Part shown: positions 31,897 to 41,041 of the stretch, one piece after another
Position numbering within the stretch: the first letter of the stretch is position 1
Layout: each line of letters begins with the position of its first letter
Origin: an uncultured Chthonomonadaceae bacterium
GTDB taxonomy: Bacteria; Armatimonadota; Chthonomonadetes; Chthonomonadales; Chthonomonadaceae
NCBI GenBank assembly: GCA_963817895.1
Contig: CAWFQB010000003.1
Location: forward strand, 288,001-352,000
Reading direction: 5' to 3'
DNA: 64,000 bases
Notes under the pieces: model-generated
The model's database searches: none
What the model saw: only the letters and a program-made list of their open reading frames with translations
Told to the model about the DNA's origin: nothing
Program-made: the position numbers and the translations under genes

Positions 31897-33234
31897 ATGA
31901 CAACCGCAATTGCTGAACCTTTCACGCCTATGCCCCTGGACGACCTTACCCTTCTGCCCAAAGCTCCGCTTGCCCTGGACACCAAAGAGTCTCTTAACCC
32001 CTTTACCAACGCCTTGGAACAACTCGATGTCGCCGCGAAATACCTGGAACTTCCGCCCGCTATCCATGCCATGCTTCGCCGTTCGGAACGCGAGTTGACC
32101 GTGCATTTCCCGGTGAAGATGGACGACGGCACGGTTCGGATATTCGAGGGGCATCGCGTTCAGTATAATTCCAGTCGCGGCCCGTGTAAGGGCGGCATCC
32201 GCTACGCTGCGGGTGTCAACATTGACGAGGTGCGCGCGCTGGCGTGTTTGATGACATGGAAATGCGCCGTCGTCGGCTCGGTTCCGTTCGGCGGCGCAAA
32301 GGGCGGCGTGGTTGTAGACCCCCGCGCCCTGTCTCTGAGCGAACTGGAACGCATGACGCGCCGCTTCACTGCCGAACTCTCCAACTTCATCGGCCCCGAC
32401 GTGGATATTCCCGCGCCGGACATGGGAACCAACGCGCAGACAATGGCGTGGATGATGGATACCTATTCGATGGGCAAGGGGCGCACGGTTCCCGCCGTCG
32501 TTACGGGCAAGCCGGTTTCCATAGGCGGCTCGGAAGGACGCGCGGACGCGACAGGCCGGGGTATCGTCTTCATCACGAGGGAAGCTATCAAAGCGCGGAA
32601 GCAGGATTTGAAGGACATAACCATTGCTGTACAGGGGTTCGGCAATGTGGGGGGCGTGGCCGCCCGTATTTTTAACCAGATGGGCGCGAAAGTGGTGGCG
32701 GTCAGCGACGCGCTGGGTGGGCTATATAATCCGAACGGGCTGGACATTCCCGCATTACTGGAGTGCGCCAATCGCGACGGCAGCCTGACCCGGCACACGG
32801 GGGGAGAAGCCATCAGCAGCCGCGCCCTGCTGGAATTGCCTGTCGACGTCCTGGTTCCCGCCGCAACCGAAAACCAGATTACAGCCGAAAACGCTGCCCG
32901 TATTCAGGCGAAGATGATTGTCGAGGGCGCGAACGGCCCGACAACTCCCGCCGCCGACCGGATTCTGGAACAAAACGGCGTGATTGTGATTCCCGACATT
33001 CTGGCGAACGCGGGCGGCGTGATTGTGTCCTACTTCGAGTGGGTGCAGGACTTGCAGTTCTTCTTCTGGAGCGAGGAGCAGGTCAACAACAAATTGGAAG
33101 ACATCATGGTGCGCGCGTATCAGGATGTGCTGGCAATGGCGCAATCCAAGAACGTGAACATGCGGCTCGCCGCCTATCTCATTGGCGTCAAGCGTGTCGC
33201 GGAAGCCACTTCGCTGCGGGGAATCTACCCGTAG
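31897..33234 (+). CDS. gdhA: Glu/Leu/Phe/Val dehydrogenase (glutamate dehydrogenase)
   Basis: GPCKGGIRY, FGGAKGG, DIPAPDMGT, QGFGNVG, EGANGPTT, NAGGVIVSYFEW. Confidence 0.9.
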   Translation: MTTAIAEPFTPMPLDDLTLLPKAPLALDTKESLNPFTNALEQLDVAAKYLELPPAIHAMLRRSERELTVHFPVKMDDGTVRIFEGHRVQYNSSRGPCKGGIRYAAGVNIDEVRALACLMTWKCAVVGSVPFGGAKGGVVVDPRALSLSELERMTRRFTAELSNFIGPDVDIPAPDMGTNAQTMAWMMDTYSMGKGRTVPAVVTGKPVSIGGSEGRADATGRGIVFITREAIKARKQDLKDITIAVQGFGNVGGVAARIFNQMGAKVVAVSDALGGLYNPNGLDIPALLECANRDGSLTRHTGGEAISSRALLELPVDVLVPAATENQITAENAARIQAKMIVEGANGPTTPAADRILEQNGVIVIPDILANAGGVIVSYFEWVQDLQFFFWSEEQVNNKLEDIMVRAYQDVLAMAQSKNVNMRLAAYLIGVKRVAEATSLRGIYP

Positions 33235-33327
33235 CGAAGTGGTTAGGTTGTCAGGTTGTTAGCGGATACGCGATTTTAATCCCCCGGCTTTAGCCGCGCG
33301 TGTCCTTCGCTGCGTGTGGACGCCCGA

Positions 33328-33366
33328 TACACAAATTACAACGCGCTTCGCGTTGTAATTTGTGTA
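33328..33366. terminator. 18-bp perfect hairpin between convergent gdhA and ileS
   Basis: TACACAAATTACAACGCG-CTT-CGCGTTGTAATTTGTGTA. Confidence 0.65.
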
Positions 33367-33407
33367 CCAATCTCACATGCTTTGTCCATTAGCCTGGGCG
33401 GAAGGTA

Positions 33408-36385
33408 TTACCTGCCGTCGCGTTCCGATACGGCGCGGGCGCAGCGTTCGCACAGGTCAGGGTACGCCCCGTTCGCGCCCACATCGGTTTTTATCAGCCA
33501 GCAGCGGGCGCATTTCACGCCCTCTGAGGGACCGACTTCCACTCCGGCAACGTTCTCTCCTGCCGCCTGCTTTAGTTCCACCTGCGAAACGAGAAACACG
33601 GTCGGCAGCAGATTCGCATACGGCGACAAAGCGGTAAATGTCGGGGCGTCTGCTGTCAGCGTAACCCGCGCTTCCAGCGGGTTGCCGATTTTGCCCGCCT
33701 GCCTTCCCTCTTCCAGCGCCTTCTTCACCGTTTCGCGCGCGGCCAGCAATGGTTCCCAACGCGCCAGCAGTTCCGTGTTCACGTCGCCCGCCGTGGGAAA
33801 GTCCGCGAGATGAACGCTTTCCGCCTTATCCGGTATTTTCAGGTAGTCCCATACCTCTTCGGCTGTGTGCGCCAGTATGGGAGCCAGCAGACGCGCAAGG
33901 GTGTCGGCAACCGTGTGCATCACCGTTTGCGCGGATCGCCGTTCTCGCCAATTCGCGCCGCTCGCGTACAGCCGATCTTTGATAACGTCCAGATAGAAAC
34001 TGGAAAGTTCGGTCGCGCAGAAGTTGAGAACCATCTGGTACACGCGCTGGAATTCGTACTCCTCATAAGCGAGGGTAGCGTTCTCAGCTAGCAGGTCCAA
34101 CTTCGCCAGCATCCACTGATCCAGTTCCTCCATATCCCCGACGGCAACCGTATCCGCAGTCGGGTCGAAGTCGTACAGGTTGTTGAGCAGGAAGCGGAAC
34201 GTGTTGCGAACGCGCCGGTACATTTCGCCCACCTGTTTGAGCAGGTTTTCGCCGCAGCGCGTATCCTCCATAAAGTTCTGCGAGGCGACCCACCAGCGCA
34301 CGACATCCGCGCCGCTGTTCTTGATAACATCGAGGGGATTGACGCCGTTGCCCTTGCTTTTGCTGAACGCTTCGCCCTTCTCGTCCAGCGTCCAGCCGTT
34401 CGTGACCACGCTGCGATACGGCGCGGTTCCCTTTGTGCCAACGCCGATCATCAGGCTGGAATTGAACCATCCCCGGTGTTGGTCGCCGCCTTCGAGATAC
34501 ACGTCGGCGGGCCATTCCAGATTGGGCCAGTGCGCCGTGTTTTCCAGAACAGCGCGATTGGTGGAACCGGAGTCGAACCACACGTCCAGCACGTCCGTCT
34601 CCTTGCGCAGTTTTTCCACGCCCGAACCGCAGTGCGGACACGCGAAACCGGACGGCAGTATTTCAGAAGCGGGCCGGGAGTACCACACATCCGAACCCTC
34701 CCGCGCCGTCATATCCACAACCGACTGGACACTTTCCTTCGTCAGCACATGTTCGCCGCAGTTATCGCAATAAAACGCCGGGATGCCCACGCCCCACGCC
34801 CGCTGCCGCGACACGCACCAGTCAGGCCGATTCGCCACCATGCTCGTGATCCGGTTCACGCTCTCCTTCGGATACCAGGTCACGCCTTCGATTGCGTTTA
34901 TCGCCTGTTGACGGAAAGGTAGGGATGAGGGTATTAGGTGTTGGTCCCTGTCTCCTCTTCTCCTCCTCTCCTCTTCTCTTCCTCTTCCACTTCATGGTCT
35001 ATATTCATAAACCACTGCACCGTAGCGCGGAAGATGAGCGGGCTGTGACAGCGCCAGCAGTGCGGGTACGAGTGTTCAAACTTACTGGCGTTGAGCAGGT
35101 TTCCGGCTTCGCGCAGGGCGTTGAGGATGACCGGGTTGGCTTCCGCGTCCTGCCCCTTTTTGTCGCCCCACGTCGTGACGCGCAGCCCCTCGAACTTCGT
35201 ATCGCCGTACTCGCCCGCCTGAACCGTATACCGCCCCGCCGCGTCCACCGGAGTCAGCACTTCCAGACCGTATTTCAATCCGGTTTCAAAGTCCTCTTTG
35301 CCGTGTCCCGGCGCGGTATGCACCAGTCCCGTACCCGCATCCATCGTGACGTAATCCGCCAGAACGATGGGCGATGTGCGATGAAACAGGGGATGCCGGA
35401 ACACAAGCCCCTGCAACCCCGCGCCGTTCAGGGTTTTCACGGCTTCGTATTCCGTGACGCCCGCCGCTTTCATCACGGAATCCACCAAAGGAACCGCCAC
35501 AAGGTAATAACTCGGTTCAGCCTCAACGTTTTCGGACGCAACCCGATTCGCTCGCACAACAGCATACTCGGCGTCAGGGTGCGCGGCGATGGCGAGGTTA
35601 GCCGGTATTGTCCAGGGCGTTGTTGTCCAGATTACCGCGTAAGCATGTCCCGCAACGTTCTCGCCAACCCCTTCAAAAACTCCCATCGGATCGTGATGCA
35701 GCGGAAACCGAACGTAGATGCTGTTGGACGTATGCTCTTCGTACTCCACTTCGGCGTCGGCAAGGGCAGTTTCGCACGTCGCGCACCAGAAGACGGGCTT
35801 TAGGCCGCGATAGATGAAGCCCTTCAGCGCCAATTCCCCGAACACTTCGACGATTTTGGCCTCGAAGTCCTTGCTCATCGTCAGGTATGGGTCGTCCCAC
35901 TGGCCGCGTATGCCAAGCCGCTTGAACTGTTCGCGCTGCACACCCACCCAACTCGCCGCATACTCGCGACACGCCTGCCGCAGTTCCACGCGGCTGACGT
36001 TTTTCTTTTCTTCGCGGAATTTGCGCGACACGGCGTTTTCGATGGGCATGCCGTGATTGTCCCACCCCGGCACATACGGCGACGAGTAGCCCTGCATCGT
36101 TTTGAAGCGGGTTACGATGTCTTTCGCCACCTTGTTCAGCGCGTGGCCTAAATGGATGTCGCCGTTGCTGTAGGGCGGGCCGTCGTGCAGGATGAATTTG
36201 CCTTTGGGCGCGTGTTTCTCCACGCTTTTGCGGTAGATGTCCGCGCTGTCCCATTTCTGCTGCAATTCCGGCTCTTTCGCGGGCAGGCTGCCCCGCTGCG
36301 GAAACGCGCCGGGGTCTTTGTCGTTGAGCGTGATATTGAGCGTGCCGCGATAGTCGCGCTTTTCCGGGCTAACCGTTGTCGTCAT
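33408..36385 (-). CDS. ileS: Isoleucine--tRNA ligase (type 1); apparent 1-nt frameshift inside a repeat insertion near 34935
   Basis: HDGPPYSNGDIHLGH, WTTTPWTIPAN, DWCVSRQRAWG, EGGDQHRGWF, AFSKSKGN (KMSKS-like), C-terminal KCARCW...CERC zinc finger. Confidence 0.96.
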
Positions 36386-36420
36386 TGTAATATCCTTAAA
36401 ATTTTGTATAAATCGGGCGC

Positions 36421-36468
36421 AAAAAACGCGCCGCCGCAACGTCTATAAAGACGTGCGGGCAGGGCGCG
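36421..36468 (-). terminator. Attenuator terminator in the ileS leader
   Basis: Minus strand CGCGCC..CCGCA-CGTCT-TTAT-AGACG-T-TGCGG-C-GGCGCG followed by TTTTTT, about 35 nt before the ileS start. Confidence 0.7.
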
Positions 36469-36511
36469 GGTGGGCGGCGACGCCGGGGCGGAACGAGTGT
36501 CGTTACTCGTA

Positions 36512-36613
36512 TCAGGCCCTCAGCGCCGCCTGCGTAATCACGATGATCGTCAGCCAGGACACGTTAAAACGCTGTGGGCTATGAAGAGCGCGTATTCGTG
36601 TAACGATTTGCAT
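36512..36613 (-). CDS. Putative ileS leader (attenuator) peptide, 33 aa: MQIVTRIRALHSPQRFNVSWLTIIVITQAALRA
   Basis: RBS GAGGA before ATG; ATC ATC GTG ATT (IIVI) cluster near the 3' end; followed by hairpins and a terminator upstream of ileS. Confidence 0.72.
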   Translation of the reverse strand: MQIVTRIRALHSPQRFNVSWLTIIVITQAALRA

Positions 36614-36733
36614 GACCGGAATTCCTCGGTTCGTATTTTTGCAGTATCTTTGCAGCAGCAGTCCGTGGAATAAATTCCTCGGCTGTGATAACGAAGTTCG
36701 CCTGCGCGGACTGAAGCGTTACAGTGAAATATT

Positions 36734-37375
36734 TTAATTTGACCGTTTGTTTGGCGCGTGTTTGGTTGTATTATTTGGCATCTTTACCGGTTGCGGAGCG
36801 CTGCCGCTTTTCGGCTTGCCCGCGTAAATCGAGGCGCCGGGCATCGTTACCGGGCCGGGTTCCCAACGAAACGAAGCCAGCACTTTGTCAAAGGCGGCAT
36901 CGTATTTTTTCATGGCGGCGGGCAGTGTCGTCAGCGTCAGCGTCAGGGCTTGCGGGCCACGCAAACAGACCACCTGACGGTTTTCGTGCGCCGCCTGACC
37001 GGGTACATTCACGCGCATACGCCAACTGTATGCAGGTTCGCCGCCAAGCGTCAGTTTTTTTTCGCCGTAAATCGTCAGCCCTTTTTGTTTCGCGATTTCC
37101 GCCCGCGTGGATTTTATGTAGGCGTCGAGCGTCATTGCGTGGACGGGTTCGCCATACGTGCCGATGGTAGCGGCCTCCTCTTCGGGACGCGCCTGCGGCT
37201 CCACCAGAACCGCGTAGTGCGGTATCAGGTTCTGGTTGACCGTCCATCCCGGCGGCGGCAACAGCGAGAACCGATGCTCCGTATCCGTATAGCGTCCCTC
37301 CAGCGGCATCGCGCAAACGGCGGCTGCCATTCCTATTCCCAATATTACCATCATTCCCGAACGCGCTAAACTCAT
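36734..37375 (-). CDS. Exported protein, PsbP/DcrB-like
   Basis: Signal-peptide-like N-terminus; FSLLPPPGW, LTLGGEPAY, LTLT...YDAAFDKVLASF. Confidence 0.6.
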   Translation of the reverse strand: MSLARSGMMVILGIGMAAAVCAMPLEGRYTDTEHRFSLLPPPGWTVNQNLIPHYAVLVEPQARPEEEAATIGTYGEPVHAMTLDAYIKSTRAEIAKQKGLTIYGEKKLTLGGEPAYSWRMRVNVPGQAAHENRQVVCLRGPQALTLTLTTLPAAMKKYDAAFDKVLASFRWEPGPVTMPGASIYAGKPKSGSAPQPVKMPNNTTKHAPNKRSN

Positions 37376-37503
37376 GCTTCTAACCTGTGTAACGTGTACT
37401 ATTCCCAATTGTCTGCCCTGATATATTATACCCCGAAATGGCGCATCGCGAAGAATTCCACAGAGCATGATTGGACAGCAGAGCAATATCTGTGAAATTG
37501 AAG

Positions 37504-37533
37504 TTGACAAAAAGGCTCCGTTCAGGTTATAGT
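37504..37533 (+). promoter_or_regulatory. Sigma70 promoter
   Basis: TTGACA-N18-TATAGT. Confidence 0.6.
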
Positions 37534-37634
37534 ATATCGCCGCGCCCGGTGTCGGTATCTGCTGGCAGAATGTTGCGGCGTCATAACCCTTTTATTGATC
37601 ATCTGCCATGCCCAGGCATTCGAGGAGAGTCATC

Positions 37635-37880
37635 GTGCGTATTCGATCCAAAGAGATTCGCCGCTCCCGCAAGCGCGAAGAGAACCGTATTCTGGACATC
37701 GTGAAGGCCGCCCGCGCCGCCCGTCCGCCCAAAGCGGCTGCAAAACCCGCTACGCGCACCGCGCCTGCCGCCGGTGGCGCGCCGCGTCCCGCATCCGCCC
37801 CGCGCCAGCGTCCGCCCCGCGCCGCCGCGCCTGCCACTCCCGCCGCGCCGCCCGCCGAAACGCCTGCGACCGAAGCCTGA
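37635..37880 (+). CDS. Small basic Arg/Ala/Pro-rich protein
   Basis: RBS GAGGAG, GTG start; MRIRSKEIRRSRKREE followed by a low-complexity tail; own promoter and terminator. Confidence 0.65.
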   Translation: MRIRSKEIRRSRKREENRILDIVKAARAARPPKAAAKPATRTAPAAGGAPRPASAPRQRPPRAAAPATPAAPPAETPATEA

Positions 37881-37915
37881 CAGCTAAAGCCCGCGTTTCG
37901 TTGCTGTACTATCTT

Positions 37916-37953
37916 AAAACGCCGATGTTGTCTCATAACAACATCGGCGTTTT
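37916..37953. terminator. Bidirectional terminator hairpin
   Basis: AAAACGCCGATGTTGT-CTCATA-ACAACATCGGCGTTTT between convergent genes. Confidence 0.75.
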
Positions 37954-38023
37954 GGCGTGTCAGGTTGTGGTTTTGCGCGTGAAAGACATCGGGATTGAAA
38001 GCGAAGGACCCAGTGCGCAGGCA

Positions 38024-39067
38024 TTACAAGAGCAGGCGCGTTCCGCGTGTCAGGACGCTGCCGGCGGCGAGTACCGGGGTCGGACCGCGCGCGCCTCGCC
38101 CCTCTACGACAACGGCCTCCTCTATCGTCACGTTCTCGTCTACAATCACATTCGACAGGCGAACGCCGCTGCCGACAGTCACCCCATCCATCAGGATGCA
38201 GTTTTCCAGTCGCGCGTTTTCGCCGATATGGCAGTTGCGCCCGATCACGGTCAGGTCGTTTCGCCATGCCCCATGCGCAAGGGTGGTTCCTTCTCCAATC
38301 GCCTCTGTGGGAAGTTCCGTTTTCACCGCGCCGCTGACAACCGCCTGAGTCGCGATGACGAGTTGTTCCGCCCGTCCGACATCCATCCAGAAGCCGCCGG
38401 GGGCAATGCCGTAGACCGGCCCTTTTTCTGCCAGCAGCGGCGGAAAAATATCGCGCTCGACTGAAGACGGCACACCCGGCGCAATCCGGGCGATGAATTC
38501 CGGCGAAAACACATAAAAGCCCGCGTTAATCAAGTCTGTGCCTTCGGGCAGAGCGTCGTGATCCAGCGCAAGGGCTTTTTTCTTCTCTTCGCTCGGCTCG
38601 ACCCAATCTTCCACGCGCCCGTTCGCGTTCAGCAGGAGGACGCCAAACGGGTTGGGGGCAGGCACTTCCGAAAGCGTAATCGTCGCTATCGCCTGCTTTT
38701 CGCCGTGAAAGCGGAAAATCGCGCTCAAATCAAAGTCCGTCATCACATCGCCGTTGAACACGCATACGGCCTCGCCTGGAAACTGGTCTGCGGCGTTGCG
38801 AATCGCGCCGCCCGTGCCAAGCGGTTTGTCTTCCGGCGCGTACCGCATCCGCACCCCGAACCGGCTGCCGTCGCCAAAGTGCGCTTCGATCTTGTCGGCC
38901 ATATAGTTGGTGGCGAAAACAATATCTTCCACGCCATGCCTGCGCAACAGCGCGACCTGATACTCCAGAAAAGGCCGGTTGGCAACCGGAACCAACGGCT
39001 TGGGACGCGGATAGGTTAGCGGGCGCAGGCGCGTTCCCAACCCACCCGCGATAATAATACCTTTCAT
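38024..39067 (-). CDS. NDP-sugar pyrophosphorylase (mannose-1-phosphate guanylyltransferase-like) with hexapeptide-repeat C-terminus
   Basis: IIAGGLGTRLRPLT..RPKPLVPV, PLGTGGAI, FNGDV, INAGFY, FWMDVG. Confidence 0.9.
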   Translation of the reverse strand: MKGIIIAGGLGTRLRPLTYPRPKPLVPVANRPFLEYQVALLRRHGVEDIVFATNYMADKIEAHFGDGSRFGVRMRYAPEDKPLGTGGAIRNAADQFPGEAVCVFNGDVMTDFDLSAIFRFHGEKQAIATITLSEVPAPNPFGVLLLNANGRVEDWVEPSEEKKKALALDHDALPEGTDLINAGFYVFSPEFIARIAPGVPSSVERDIFPPLLAEKGPVYGIAPGGFWMDVGRAEQLVIATQAVVSGAVKTELPTEAIGEGTTLAHGAWRNDLTVIGRNCHIGENARLENCILMDGVTVGSGVRLSNVIVDENVTIEEAVVVEGRGARGPTPVLAAGSVLTRGTRLLL

Positions 39068-39096
39068 AACTCTCCTCGCTGCGAAATGAAGCAGAC

Positions 39097-39291
39097 AAAA
39101 ACAAATGGCGGAAGGGACGAGGCCCGACCGCCATAATTATGAGGCATTATTGAGGACTTCCTTAGTCATTGTGCGCTTTTGAGAACGATATGGAGGATCA
39201 CATCGTCAAACCAAAGGGCGCATCTTGAATTCAAGGGGTCAATCCTCACCCGGCTTACGCCGGATGCTTATGAGTTCGCTTCGTTAGAAGC
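39097..39291 (-). ncRNA. Candidate ~195-nt structured RNA or regulatory 5' leader
   Basis: Lies between a consensus promoter and a terminator; two 5' hairpins (one with a GUAA tetraloop) and a long bulged rod whose G-U pairs work only on the minus strand. Confidence 0.55.
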
Positions 39292-39297
39292 AGTTTC

Positions 39298-39326
39298 ATT
39301 ATAACAGACCTTTTCCCAACTGTCAA
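39298..39326 (-). promoter_or_regulatory. Perfect consensus sigma70 promoter
   Basis: Minus strand TTGACA-N17-TATAAT. Confidence 0.8.
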
Positions 39327-39396
39327 CACATTTTCACTAAATTTTGGGAACTTTTTTCAACTGTTATACGTCCAAAAGCCCGCTCGCCGGTTTGCA

Positions 39397-39810
39397 TCAT
39401 TGCGTATTTGGCCTTTCGAGGTCAGGTTGGTGTTCAGCGGGGAGTGGATCGGGGCCATGCTGTCCCACAAGCGCGAAGGGAAAAGGCAACCCCAATACAA
39501 ACAGGCACACACGCAGCAGGGATAAATAATGCCATGCGCGTTCAGAAGGCAGAACGAAACTATCCAGCAGCGGCCATGACAGGAACAGCGGCGCTATCGT
39601 CAGGCAGGCAAGTGTCAGCCAGAGGTATATCAAAAAAGGGCGGCGAGTGCGCGTAACCCCCGCCAGACACAATCCGAACAGGCCACCGAGGACAAAGTTC
39701 GCGCTTCCGGCAAGGGCCGCTTCCCGCCCGACATGCAGTGGCAGCGACACAGCCCACAGCAGCGCAGACAACATCAAACAGCGGATGCCAATTTTGTTGG
39801 CGAGTGACAA
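39397..39810 (-). CDS. Hypothetical membrane protein (about 4 TM)
   Basis: Hydrophobic ORF; probable TTG start after AAGGA. Confidence 0.5.
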   Translation of the reverse strand: MSLANKIGIRCLMLSALLWAVSLPLHVGREAALAGSANFVLGGLFGLCLAGVTRTRRPFLIYLWLTLACLTIAPLFLSWPLLDSFVLPSERAWHYLSLLRVCLFVLGLPFPFALVGQHGPDPLPAEHQPDLERPNTQ

Positions 39811-39901
39811 GAATGGTTCCTTTTGAGGTGTTAGTTGACGGTTAAGAGTGTTGTATTCGATAGTCTTGCGCGTGGTATTAATGCGCATGGAAGGAAAGAA
39901 C

Positions 39902-40855
39902 GTGCGAATTGCGATTACAATGGGCGATCCGGCGGGTATCGGGCCGGAAATCATTCTGAAAGCGTTTCACGCGGGAATCCTGACCGATTGTGAACTGGTT
40001 GTGTATGGCGATGTGGCGTGGATGCAGCAGGCGGCGCGAAAGTTTAATCTGTCCCTGCGCAATCCGGCAGGGCAGATATTGACCATACAGCAGGCGACGA
40101 ACGCGAATTTGAGCGATGTACATTGGGGCGGATTGTCCTCACAGGCGGGCAAAGCGGCGGCTGAGTGCGTGATTGTCGCAGCCGAATCCGCTCTTCACGG
40201 CGACGTGGACGCCGTTGTCACCGCGCCGCTCAACAAAGAGGCCATCGCGTTGGGCGGCTTCCCCTACCCCGGCCATACCGAACTGCTGGCACACGTCACC
40301 CACACGCCCCGCTATGGCATGATGCTGCTGTCGGGCAATCTGCGCGTCGTCCATGTCAGTACGCACGTATCCCTGCGCGAAGCGATAGAGCGCGTCCGAA
40401 CGCCGCGCATTTTGGAGTGTATTCGCCTCGCGCATCGCGCCTGTCAGAATTTGGGCATTACGAACCCGCGAATTGCCGTTGCCGGACTAAACCCCCACGC
40501 GGGCGAAAACGGCCTGTTCGGAACCGAGGAGGTCATGGAAATCGCGCCCGCCATCGCGCAGGCGCGGCAGGAGAATATGGACGCCAGCGGCCCGCATCCG
40601 CCCGACACCGTTTTCGCCCGCGCCGTCAAAGGTGAATTCGATCTTGTCGTCGCCATGTACCACGATCAGGGGCATATTCCCGTGAAACTGCACGGCTTTG
40701 ATACCGGAGTCAACGTCACCATCGGCCTGCCCATCATCCGCGTTTCGGTAGATCACGGCACCGCCTTCGATATTGCCGGCAGGGGAATCGCCAGCGAAAA
40801 AAGCCTGCTCGAAGCCATCCGCATCGCCGCGCAAATGGTACAGAGCCGTCAATAG
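39902..40855 (+). CDS. pdxA: 4-hydroxythreonine-4-phosphate dehydrogenase family (PdxA/PdxA2)
   Basis: AITMGDPAGIGPE, VTAPLNKE, GHTE, GLNPHAGE, AMYHDQG, RVSVDHGTAFDIAG. Confidence 0.93.
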   Translation: MRIAITMGDPAGIGPEIILKAFHAGILTDCELVVYGDVAWMQQAARKFNLSLRNPAGQILTIQQATNANLSDVHWGGLSSQAGKAAAECVIVAAESALHGDVDAVVTAPLNKEAIALGGFPYPGHTELLAHVTHTPRYGMMLLSGNLRVVHVSTHVSLREAIERVRTPRILECIRLAHRACQNLGITNPRIAVAGLNPHAGENGLFGTEEVMEIAPAIAQARQENMDASGPHPPDTVFARAVKGEFDLVVAMYHDQGHIPVKLHGFDTGVNVTIGLPIIRVSVDHGTAFDIAGRGIASEKSLLEAIRIAAQMVQSRQ

Positions 40856-40916
40856 CCCGTTTTCTAACCCTCTCCCATAATTTTGGGAGAGGGTCAGAAA
40901 CAATAAAAAGAAACTT

Positions 40917-41003
40917 GTAGAGACACAACTTGTTGTGTCCTCGCTCTCATCTACTGGCGGAAGACACAACGCCGCAGGAGGACACAACAAGTTGTGTCCC
41001 TAC
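40917..41003. repeat. REP doublet, same family as 21954-22058
   Basis: GTAGAGACACAACTTGTTGTGTCC ... GGACACAACAAGTTGTGTCCCTAC. Confidence 0.85.
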
Positions 41004-41041
41004 TCTTATTTGAATGGTATTTGGGTTAGGAGTGAGAGCCA

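Noticed and set aside
36390..36720. T-box riboswitch upstream of ileS
   Set aside because: No GGTGGNACC T-box motif seen on the minus strand; a leader peptide plus terminator explains the region better.
39255..39299. 14-codon minus-strand uORF (MKLLLTKRTHKHPA) in the candidate RNA
   Set aside because: Its ATG overlaps the -10 box, upstream of the predicted transcription start, and it has no RBS.
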